Shown: positions 19,086-27,512 of the stretch, in pieces
How positions within the stretch are numbered: position 1 is the stretch's first letter
How the letters are laid out: each line of letters opens with the position of its first letter
DNA from: an uncultured Chloroflexia bacterium
GTDB lineage: Bacteria > Chloroflexota > Limnocylindria > Limnocylindrales > CSP1-4
Length of the DNA stretch: 64,000 nt
Direction of reading: 5' to 3'
Assembly: GCA_963748625.1 (NCBI GenBank)
Contig: CAVVJT010000010.1
Location: 1,184,001-1,248,000, forward strand
Position numbers and translations under genes: made by a program
Notes under the pieces: model-generated
Database searches by the model: none
Seen by the model: the letters and a program-made list of their open reading frames with translations, nothing else
Told to the model about the DNA's origin: nothing

Positions 19086-19507
19086 GGCTGGAATGTCCCG
19101 CGGTAGGCGGCGATCTTCGCGATGGCACTGGTCAGCGACGCGGCCATGCCCCCGATGAAGAGGGCGTTCGCGATCCAGAAGTAGGGCGCCTCGACCATTG
19201 CGAGCACCAGGGCCACGCAGGCGCCTGCGACGATCAGCCAGCTGCCGATCCACACGCCGTACTGGTTGATCTGCTGGTCGCGCAGGTCGCCCTGCTCGGC
19301 TTCGGCGGGGTTCGAGATGGCGGCCACGATGTTGCCCAGGACGTTCGCGACGATGAAGCCGACGATGGCGAAGATCATCGGTGGGACCCAGGTGATCTCG
19401 GTCACGGGTTCGCTGGTGAGCTGTGGCAGCACGAGCACCGCGTAGATGAGCAGGACCGGCACGGCGACGACCAGCACCACCCAGCTGCTCTTCTCGTGAA
19501 AGGCCAT
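19079..19507 (-). CDS. hypothetical 4-TM membrane protein coupled to the XRE regulator
   Basis: MAFHEKSSW..., DLRDQQI segment; RBS AGGAG; stop overlaps the HTH start. Confidence 0.8.
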   Translation of the reverse strand: MAFHEKSSWVVLVVAVPVLLIYAVLVLPQLTSEPVTEITWVPPMIFAIVGFIVANVLGNIVAAISNPAEAEQGDLRDQQINQYGVWIGSWLIVAGACVALVLAMVEAPYFWIANALFIGGMAASLTSAIAKIAAYRGTFQPW

Positions 19508-19520
19508 CCCGCGTCTCCTG

Positions 19521-19585
19521 ATGTCAACGTTTGCTGACATCCGACTGTAAAGCGCTCTCGACATCATGTCAAGCGTATTTTACAT
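19521..19585 (-). promoter_or_regulatory. sigma70 promoter (TTGACA-N17-TACAGT) overlapped by three 20-bp palindromic operators
   Basis: ATGTCAACGTTTGCTGACAT (19521-40), CTGTAAAGCGCTCTCGACAT (19545-64), ATGTCAAGCGTATTTTACAT (19566-85). Confidence 0.8.
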
Positions 19586-19621
19586 CTTGGAGGTCAGCCA
19601 GGAGCGTCGGGGCGAGCGGAC

Positions 19622-20710
19622 CTAGTGAACTGCCCCCGGTCGGTGCGCGTGGGAGCGTCCGTGACGTCGACCCGCCTCCAGGAAGGCCGCCACGTTCGCC
19701 CACGGCACATCAGGCTCGTCGACGTCGTAGGCGGGGCAGAGCACCAGCCCGGCCCGGCCGAGCGTGCGAAGACGTGTCCGGACCTCCGCGCGGATGTCGT
19801 CCGGGGACCCGTACGAGAACAGGGTCTGGCTGCCGACCGTGCCCCAGAGCGCCAAGCGCCGGCCGTAGCGGCGACGGATACGGACCGCGTCCATGTGCTC
19901 GGGCTGGACCGGATTGACGGCGGCCACCCCGATCTCCACCAGGTCGTCGAGGATCGGCTCGATGTGGCCGTCGCTGTGGTAGAGGACGCGGATGTCGGGC
20001 TTGACGGCACGGGCGGCGGCGATGATGCCCTCCAGCCTTGGCCGGAAGAACTCCCGCCAGGTCGCAGGCCCGATCAGCATCGTCCCGGGCATCCCCACGT
20101 CGTCGTCAAGCGAGAGGACATCGACGCCGGCGGTGGCGATCGTGGCGGCGTTGCGGCGCGCAAGCTCGGCGAGCCGGTCAAGCAGGAAGTGCGCCATGTC
20201 CTTGCGCTCGAGGAGGTCGACCAGAAACGCCTCGAGCCCGCGGAGCCGCCACGCGGCCTCGAACAGCTCGCCGCCCAAGTGCGGGGTGTTGCCGCCCGCC
20301 GCCAGCCCGGCCCGGTGGACGGCTGCAACGGCATCGGCAAGCTCAGCCACCACGCGGGGCCCGTCGAGGCGCGGGAAGGGGAACCGCTCGAGATCCTCAA
20401 GGGTGGTCGCCGCCTCGAGCGGATTGCCGTGGACGGGGTCCTCGGAGCGGTAGCCCCACAGTGCGTAGCGGGCGGCCTGCGAAGGGCTGCCGATCCGCGT
20501 GTTGCCGTCGTATGGCGTCGCCCGGCGACGCAGCTCGGCCTCCTCCGGCGAGATCGGGAACGGGACGAAGGCGACGTCCACCGCGTCGTCCCGCCACTCC
20601 CCGGACGGGGCAATCGCGGCGCCGTCGAGGGCGTAGAAGGCGAGGGCGAGCGGCACCCGGTCCGGCTCCTCCCCGTCGAGGGCGGCCAGGACGCGCTCGC
20701 GGCCGGTCAT
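19622..20710 (-). CDS. uroporphyrinogen decarboxylase/MtaA-CmuA family protein
   Basis: MTGRERVLAALDGEEPDRVP, AWRLRGLE, DDVG, YHSDG, NPVQPE; possible GTG start at 20716. Confidence 0.88.
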   Translation of the reverse strand: MTGRERVLAALDGEEPDRVPLALAFYALDGAAIAPSGEWRDDAVDVAFVPFPISPEEAELRRRATPYDGNTRIGSPSQAARYALWGYRSEDPVHGNPLEAATTLEDLERFPFPRLDGPRVVAELADAVAAVHRAGLAAGGNTPHLGGELFEAAWRLRGLEAFLVDLLERKDMAHFLLDRLAELARRNAATIATAGVDVLSLDDDVGMPGTMLIGPATWREFFRPRLEGIIAAARAVKPDIRVLYHSDGHIEPILDDLVEIGVAAVNPVQPEHMDAVRIRRRYGRRLALWGTVGSQTLFSYGSPDDIRAEVRTRLRTLGRAGLVLCPAYDVDEPDVPWANVAAFLEAGRRHGRSHAHRPGAVH

Positions 20711-20839
20711 CGTCACGGCGCGAGCATGGGGGTACCGCGGCGGGGCGCCCAGAGCCGAACGGCCATCCGGTGTGCGGTGATCCCGACCCGCGGAGGGGGC
20801 GCTTGCCAGGCGCCTCGGGGCACCGCGCGCCACTCGCCC

Positions 20840-20951
20840 TGACTCTGTACGGAGTCACCAGCGGCCACCATCCGCACGGCCCGTGCATTCAATCCGACTT
20901 CGCGGAACGAGCCCCGCGTGGAACTCCTCCAACTGACTCCCAGCCGAGTCA
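20840..20951. promoter_or_regulatory. two perfect TGACTC-N6-GAGTCA palindromes
   Basis: 20840-20857 and 20934-20951, in the divergent intergenic region. Confidence 0.7.
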
Positions 20952-21055
20952 GCACCCGGGGCGACACGCCGGCGCAGGAAACTCCTGGCGCTGCCGCAGT
21001 GCCCTGTTCGGGACGCGCAATCCGCGTGCAGACACGATGCGCTAGCGTGGACGCC

Positions 21056-22606
21056 ATGCGACCTCACCTCCGTGTGCTCTCCGACGACCTCATCGGCCAG
21101 ATCCTCGAAGAGGCCAAACGCGTGCTGGCCGAGACCGGCTTCGAGATCCGCAGCGCGGAGATGCGGCGCCGGCTCACCGACGCCGGCCTGCCTGCCACCA
21201 GGGATGGCCGGATCCTGTTCCCGCGCGACATCGTGGAGAAGGCGATCGCCTCGGCCCCGTCGTCCTTCGTCCTCTACGATCGGGACGGCAACCCGAGGGC
21301 CGACATCGGCGGTGACCGGGTTCATTTCGTGCCGGGTTCGTCCGGCCTCAAGTGCCACGACCACCGCACGGGCGAGGTCCGCCTGGCCAACTCCACCGAC
21401 TTCGTCGAGTACGTCCGCCTGGGCGACGGCCTCGACAACCTGGCCTATCTCGCGACCGCCTTCTCCACCAACGACGACATCGAGCCCGGCGTGTCCGACG
21501 CCTGGCGCCTCTATCTCGCGCTCACCAACTCGAAGAAGCCGATCGTGTCGGGCGCGTTCACCGAGCACGGGACGCCGCGCATGGTGGAGCTGATGCAGCT
21601 GTTCCGCGCCGACGCCGCGGACCTGCGCGCCCGCCCGATGTCGATCTTCACGATCACGGCCACCGGCAACTTCCGGTACAGCGAGGACAGCTGCCAGAAC
21701 CTGATCGACTGCGTCGAGGCCGGCATCCCGGTGGAGATCGTGCCGGTGACGCTGATGGGCCTGGTCGCGCCGGTGACCACGGTGGGCGCGACGGTCTTCC
21801 ACACCGTGGACGTGCTGGCCGGGATCACGATGGCCCAGGTGATCCGCCCCGGTGCCCCGGTCCTGTTCGGCGGCGCACCGGCCACGTTCCACATGAAGGC
21901 CGCCACGTCACCGATGGCCGCCATCGAGGCCTTCCAGCTCGATGCCGCGTACACGGAGGTCGCGAAGGCCCTCGGGCTGCCCGCCCAGTCGTACATGGCG
22001 ATCTCGGACGGGCCGCTGCTCGATGCCCAGGCGGGCGCCGAGACGTTCGGGTCCGCACTGATCGCGGCGCTGGCCGGGGTCAACTCGGTGTCCGGGCCCG
22101 GGATGCTGGACTTCCTGCTGGTGTTCTCGCTGCCCAAGCTCGTGTTCGACGACGAGATGTGCGGCCAGGCGCTGCGGTTCGTGCGCGAGATCCGGGTCCA
22201 GGACGACCTGCCGGTGTCGGCACTGGTGGACCGGCTGATGACCGACCAGCACCTGATCATGGCCGACCACACCACCGCCCACTGGCCCGCGGAGCTCCAC
22301 CTGCCCTCGCCGGTCATCACGCGCGACAACCGCGAGAACTGGATGAAGGCGGGCGGCGAAGGACACCTACCAGCGCGCCTGCGACGAGGTGGACCGACGT
22401 CTTGCCGGGTACCGCCAGGTGGAGACGGATCTCTTCGTCGTCGCCGAGATGCAGCGGATCATCCGCTCGGGCCTGGTGGCCCAGACGGAGCTGCCGCTGG
22501 TGCCGCCGGCGCGCCGGAGCCCGTGGACCTGCCGATCGGCGGGGGCGCTCCTGGCGAGGGGGCGGCGCGCGGCCGGCGGGTGAACGCGCGGCGCCAGCAC
22601 GGGTAG
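21056..22606 (+). CDS. trimethylamine methyltransferase (MttB) superfamily protein, non-pyrrolysine; compensating frameshifts near 22356 and 22510
   Basis: [35 protein letters not shown]; the segment [18 protein letters not shown] lies in another frame. Confidence 0.88.
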   Translation: MRPHLRVLSDDLIGQILEEAKRVLAETGFEIRSAEMRRRLTDAGLPATRDGRILFPRDIVEKAIASAPSSFVLYDRDGNPRADIGGDRVHFVPGSSGLKCHDHRTGEVRLANSTDFVEYVRLGDGLDNLAYLATAFSTNDDIEPGVSDAWRLYLALTNSKKPIVSGAFTEHGTPRMVELMQLFRADAADLRARPMSIFTITATGNFRYSEDSCQNLIDCVEAGIPVEIVPVTLMGLVAPVTTVGATVFHTVDVLAGITMAQVIRPGAPVLFGGAPATFHMKAATSPMAAIEAFQLDAAYTEVAKALGLPAQSYMAISDGPLLDAQAGAETFGSALIAALAGVNSVSGPGMLDFLLVFSLPKLVFDDEMCGQALRFVREIRVQDDLPVSALVDRLMTDQHLIMADHTTAHWPAELHLPSPVITRDNRENWMKAGGEGHLPARLRRGGPTSCRVPPGGDGSLRRRRDAADHPLGPGGPDGAAAGAAGAPEPVDLPIGGGAPGEGAARGRRVNARRQHG

Positions 22607-22654
22607 GGTTCGCGGGCCGGCCGCCGAGGGACGGGCACCGGGTGTTGCGTGGCA

Positions 22655-22784
22655 GTCAACGAGAACCCGCAGCGACGGGCTCCCGACGTCCGATCCGGGG
22701 TCGCTTGCAGGCGACTGCTGACTCAGACGCAACGAAGGACCTGCTCGGGGCGCCGTAGGTCGCCGTTTGCGGGGTTTCGTTGAC
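22655..22784. other. 130-bp intergenic element bounded by 17-bp imperfect inverted repeats (MITE-like or structured RNA)
   Basis: GTCAACGAGAACCCGCA ... TGCGGGGTTTCGTTGAC (15/17 match). Confidence 0.5.
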
Positions 22785-22844
22785 GTGGAGTCGGAGGGGC
22801 GGCGTCTCGGCCCGGCCGGGTGCCGCAACCCGCCCGGACGACGC

Positions 22845-23903
22845 TCAGCCCTTCGTGGCCAGCGCGGCGCGCACCATCAGCTGGTACGGCATCGAGCGGT
22901 GCTTGGCCTGGTTGACCGTGCCCACGACCGTCAGGCCGAGATCCGCCGCACGGAACATGACCGTCCCTGATGCCCCCGAGTGCCCGACGAACGGAGGCAC
23001 CGCCCGGAACCCCGTGAGCACCCGCGGCATCGAGAAGCGCATGATCCCCGTCCCGTACTGGAGCGGGAAGAAGATCCGGTGCCAGTCCAGCGCCATCTCC
23101 GCGAGGAGCGCCGCCGGGAACAGGCGCCCGCCGAAGAACGCGTCGAGGAACGCGAGTCCGTCGTCCAGCGTGCTCACGACACCCCCGTCGGCCTGCACCG
23201 AGGCCATCGCGAGCGGGATCCGCAGCGGCACCTCACCCCAGCGCATCGCCGCGATGCCGTCGAACCCGGCAACATTGCCCGGCCCGAAGACGTACGTCCG
23301 CGCCATCCCCAGCGGCTCCGTGATCCGTGCCGCAACGGCGTCCCTGAACGACCTCCCGTCGACCCGTTCGATCAGCGCGCCCAGCAGTTGGAAGCCCGTG
23401 TCGGAGTACAGGCCCTTGCCGGGCGTGCCCGGCTTCATCGCCCTCGTCCAGGCGATCACATCGCCCACGGTCCAGGCGAAGTCGCCCGCGATCGCGCGCT
23501 CGATCGTCGTCGGCCCGTCGGGCCGCTTGCCCTCGAAGTAGTCGGCGAGGCCGGAGGTGTGGGCCATCACCTCGCGCACGGTCATCACGCCGGAGCGGTC
23601 CGCGCCGTTGACCACGAGGATCCCGGCCAGGTCAAGGTCGGGCAGGTAGGACGCGATCGGGGCGTCCCAGGCCAGCCGTCCCTCGACCCGCAGCTGGGCC
23701 AGGATGGCCGTGACATACAGCTTGGTGGCGCTGGCGATGAAGAACTGCCGGATCGGATCGCCGTACACGAGATCGATGCGGCCGTCGTCCGAGCGCATCC
23801 GCCACAGGACCTCGCCCGACTTCGGGTCCTCGTCCACCTTGCGGATGAGCGCCTCGAGGGCAGCCGATGCCGATGCCGATGCCGACCCCGATGCGGCGGC
23901 CAT
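22845..23903 (-). CDS. serine hydrolase, beta-lactamase/AmpC-like family
   Basis: IASATK (SxxK), AHTSGL, YSDTGF, GHSG motifs. Confidence 0.9.
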   Translation of the reverse strand: MAAASGSASASASAALEALIRKVDEDPKSGEVLWRMRSDDGRIDLVYGDPIRQFFIASATKLYVTAILAQLRVEGRLAWDAPIASYLPDLDLAGILVVNGADRSGVMTVREVMAHTSGLADYFEGKRPDGPTTIERAIAGDFAWTVGDVIAWTRAMKPGTPGKGLYSDTGFQLLGALIERVDGRSFRDAVAARITEPLGMARTYVFGPGNVAGFDGIAAMRWGEVPLRIPLAMASVQADGGVVSTLDDGLAFLDAFFGGRLFPAALLAEMALDWHRIFFPLQYGTGIMRFSMPRVLTGFRAVPPFVGHSGASGTVMFRAADLGLTVVGTVNQAKHRSMPYQLMVRAALATKG

Positions 23904-24577
23904 CAGAGCACCCCCAGGCCGTTGAGCCCCTTGAGCAGGAACCAGGCCCCGAACACGAGGCTCACCCCGGCCAGCAGCGGGCGACTGTAGCGCTTGAGCA
24001 TGCCCGAGAACCCGTCCAGCATCGCCTCGGCGCGGTCCGGCGCCAGGAAGGCGAGCGCAAGCATGGCGAGCTGCAGGCCATGGGCGAGCAGGACGAACAC
24101 GAGGAAGGTCGCGGCTGAGGCGGCCGATCCCATCTCCGCCCCGGCAATGGCCGCGATCGCCCCCAGCGTGAAGACCCAGTGCTTCACGCCGATCGCGAGC
24201 ACGACCATGCCCAGCAGGAACGCGCGTGCCGGCCGGATCCCGTCGAGCTTCGTCAGCCAGCGGGGCGGCGGCGCGTCGTCATCGGGAGCGTCGAGCGCCT
24301 TGCGTGCCCCCGACACCAGGAACACGATCGCCAGCACGATGAGCCCGCCGGAGATCACGGGTCCGGGCTCCCCGCCCACGGCCGCCAGCCCGGCGAAGAG
24401 CACCCCGAACAGCACCCCCTGGGCGAGGCGCACGGTCATCATCCCCGCGACCCATGCCACGGTGACGATGCGCCCGCCCGGCGAGCGGAGGAGCAGGGCC
24501 GTGACGACGAGCGGGATGGGGACGAGGGCCGTCCCGATGACGAGCGGGATGAGCGTGGTGACGAGGTCGAGGTCCAC
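23903..24577 (-). CDS. GAP/Sap family (glycolipid-addressing) membrane protein
   Basis: ALVPIP..LLL, PPRW..LD, FGAWFLLKGL; six TM helices. Confidence 0.85.
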   Translation of the reverse strand: MDLDLVTTLIPLVIGTALVPIPLVVTALLLRSPGGRIVTVAWVAGMMTVRLAQGVLFGVLFAGLAAVGGEPGPVISGGLIVLAIVFLVSGARKALDAPDDDAPPPRWLTKLDGIRPARAFLLGMVVLAIGVKHWVFTLGAIAAIAGAEMGSAASAATFLVFVLLAHGLQLAMLALAFLAPDRAEAMLDGFSGMLKRYSRPLLAGVSLVFGAWFLLKGLNGLGVL

Positions 24578-24588
24578 GGGCGCGATCG

Positions 24589-26429
24589 CTACGGGGTGAT
24601 GATCGCGAAGTCCGGGTCGGGCTGGTCCAGCAGGCCCAGGAGACGCTGCAGCACCGCGGGATCGCCTTCGAGCGCGACGCCCTCGAGGCTTCCGCCGAGG
24701 ATGCCGGGCAGGGCTGCCGCCGGCATACGCAGGACGAGATCCGCACCTGCCACCGGCGCCCGGCGATGGACGAGGACCCCGTTGCGCAGCTCCAGGTGGA
24801 ACGCGGCGCCGGTGTCGACAAGCTCAACGCCGATGCTGAGGTGCTGGTCCCAGGCGAGCGGCCCGTTCACGCGGATGGCGATCGCATCGAAGACCTGCTC
24901 GGGCGAGAGCGCCTGCATCATGTCGCCGGCCACGGACACCGGCGTCCCGAACGACCCGTGGCGCAGCTCCGCGGCCCCGGCGAGGTAGAAGTTGCGCCAG
25001 GTGCCGTTCTCGCACCCGAAGCCGAGCTGCTCCAGGGTGTCGGCCTGCAAGCGCGCGCGCCGCGGCATGCGTCGGGTCGGCGAAGATCGCGTGGTCCAGC
25101 AGCGTCGGCCGCCCAGCGCAAGTCGCCCTCGTCGAAGGCCGCCTGTGCGAGCTCGACGACCCGGTCGATGCCGCCGATCGCCGCGACGTAGCGCGTCGCC
25201 TGCGCCTCGGGCGGGTGCTGCCAGAGGCGCGCCGGGTTGCCGTCGAACCAGCCCATGTAGCGCTGGTAGATCGCCTTGACGTTGTGGCTGACCGAGCCGT
25301 AGTAGCCGCGGGCGTGCCACGCCTGCTCGAGCGCCGGCGGCATCTGGAAGATCTCGGCGATCTCGGCGCCGGTGAGGCCCTGGTTGAGCAGGCGCAGCGT
25401 CTGGTCGTGCAGGTAGGCGTAGAGGTCGCGCTGCTCGGCCAGGAAGTCGACGATGCCGCTCGCGGCCCCACGTCGGCCAGTGGTGCGAGGCGAACACGAC
25501 GTCGGTCCGGTCGCCGAACAGGTCGATCGCCTCGGTGAGGTAGCGCGACCAGATCCGTGCGGGTCGCGGACCAGCGCGCCGCGCAGCGTCAGGAGGTTGT
25601 GCAGGGTGTGGGTCGCGTTCTCGGCCATGCACAGCGCGCGGCAGCTCCGGGAAGTAGAAGTGCATCTCGGCCGGCGCCTCGGTGCCCGGGCGCCATCTGG
25701 AACTCGATCTCGACGCCGTCGACGCGTCGTGCGTCTCGCCGGTGGCGGTGATGTCGTGTCGGTCGGGACGATCAGCGCGACCGTCGCCGGTGGACGTGGT
25801 CTGCGCCGAGGCCCGCGCCGACCTGGCCCTGCGGCCCGCGCTCCAGCACGGCGCCGTACATGTAGCCCGCCCGGCGCGTCATCGCGGTGCCCGCGTAGAC
25901 GTTCTCCGCGACCGCGTGCTCCATGAACCCGTCCGGCGCGAGGATCGGCGCACCGGCCCGGCGTCCACGTCCTCCTGCGTCGTCACGCCCCGGACGCCGC
26001 CGAAGTGGTCGACGTGGCTGTGGGTGTAGATCACGGCGACGACCGGGCGATCGCCGCGGTGCTCGCGGTACAGCGCGAGCGCCGCCGCGGCCGTCTCGGT
26101 CGAGATCAGCGGGTCGATGACGATGCACGCCGGTGTCGCCCTCGATGAAGCTGATGTTCGACAGGTCGAGGCCGCGCACCTGGTAGATGCCGGGCACCAC
26201 CTCGAACAGGCCCTGTCGATCGCGTCGAGCTGCGACTGGCGCCACAGGCTCGGGTTGACCGTGGCCGGCGCGTCGCCGTCGAGGAACCGCGTAGCTCGTC
26301 GTTGTCCCAGACCACGCGCCCGTCGGCGGCGTGGACGACGCACGGGTCGAGGCGGCCGATGAACCCTCGGTCGGCATCGTCGAAGTCCGTCGTGTCGTCG
26401 AACGGCAGCGACGTGGTGGAGCTGGTCAT
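24589..26429 (-). pseudogene. alkyl/aryl sulfatase (SdsA1/BDS1-like, MBL + dimerisation + SCP2), broken by many frameshifts
   Basis: DFDDADRGFI, VNPSLWRQ, THSHVDHFGG, TEAPAEM, ASHHWP, RGYYGS and ENGTWRNFYL motifs scattered over all three frames. Confidence 0.85.
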
Positions 26430-26492
26430 GATGGAGATCTCCCCTCGTGGCGGTCGGTGTCGGCACGCCCCTGTCGTGGACAGTCTGCCCTG

Positions 26493-27512
26493 TCAGGCAT
26501 CGAAGGTCACGGACATCCCCATCCCAGTGTCGGGGAGAGGCAACGTTGCGGCCTCCACCTCCACGGCGTCGCGCTCGACCGCGCTGAGCTCGCGCCAGGA
26601 CCGGATCGTCATGCGCCTCCCCGACCGGCGCCACGAGCCCGCCAACTCCCCCGCCACCATCAGGCCGCCCGGCCAGACGGTTCCCGACGGCCAGAGCTCG
26701 CGGCGGCGCGCATCGTCGGGCACCAGCAGCGCCCGGTCGTGCGCGACGAGGTAGGGGTCACCGCTCGAGAGAATGCGGGCAAGAGCGGGCGGCGAGGGCT
26801 CGAGGGCCGTCACCGCCTGTTCGTCCCGGGCGAGCAGCCAGGCGGCGCCCAGCGGCGTGCGGACTGGGACAAGCTCGTCACCCAGGGCCGCCAGGACCGC
26901 CTTCACCGCGCGCGGTGCGAGGCCCATGAACCACCCGATCCCTTCGCCGGTGGCAGGCCCGCACACGTGGAGGTACCGGCGGGCCAGCTCCAGGCGTGCC
27001 GTGAACGGGTCCATCTGCGGTTCCTCGACCGCCCACACCAGCGGCTTGCGGGCGCCGTCCCAGCGGACCAGGATCCTGCCGGTCGCACCCGTGTACCGGA
27101 GCGATCCCGGATCCACGCCAATCCGCCGCCCCGCCGTCGAGTACTCCTCCCGCCCTCCTGCCAGGTACGCCTCGAGCCGGTCAGCCAGGTCAATCGCACG
27201 GGCCCGGCGGGCTGCCTCGTCGGGCATCGTCGCGCGCGTGAACACCGGCCGATCCTCCGCCGCCACGACGAAGACGGCAAACCGCGGCCCCCAGACCTGG
27301 ACAAGGGCGGGATCGTCCCAGGCATCCGGGGCCACACCCTCGATCCGCGCGTGGAGTGCCAGCACGGCCGCGCGGGGCACGCTGTCCTGCAGGCCAGACC
27401 AGGCTGCAGTCCGGAGGGCGGCCGGCCCGTGCGGGAGGCGCTCGTCGAGCGCGCCGATCCGCCTGCGGTGGCCGAGGATGCGCGGGCGGTCGAGCCGGAG
27501 CTCAGCCGGCAT
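26493..27512 (-). CDS. HTH_42 winged-helix protein (AlkZ/YcaQ DNA glycosylase-like family)
   Basis: GLQDS, LVQVWGPR, ELARRYLHVCGPAT, DPYL, GELAGSWRR. Confidence 0.82.
   Translation of the reverse strand: MPAELRLDRPRILGHRRRIGALDERLPHGPAALRTAAWSGLQDSVPRAAVLALHARIEGVAPDAWDDPALVQVWGPRFAVFVVAAEDRPVFTRATMPDEAARRARAIDLADRLEAYLAGGREEYSTAGRRIGVDPGSLRYTGATGRILVRWDGARKPLVWAVEEPQMDPFTARLELARRYLHVCGPATGEGIGWFMGLAPRAVKAVLAALGDELVPVRTPLGAAWLLARDEQAVTALEPSPPALARILSSGDPYLVAHDRALLVPDDARRRELWPSGTVWPGGLMVAGELAGSWRRSGRRMTIRSWRELSAVERDAVEVEAATLPLPDTGMGMSVTFDA

Noticed and set aside
21056-22606. Pyrrolysine-containing methyltransferase
   Set aside because: No in-frame TAG and no pyl genes in the window
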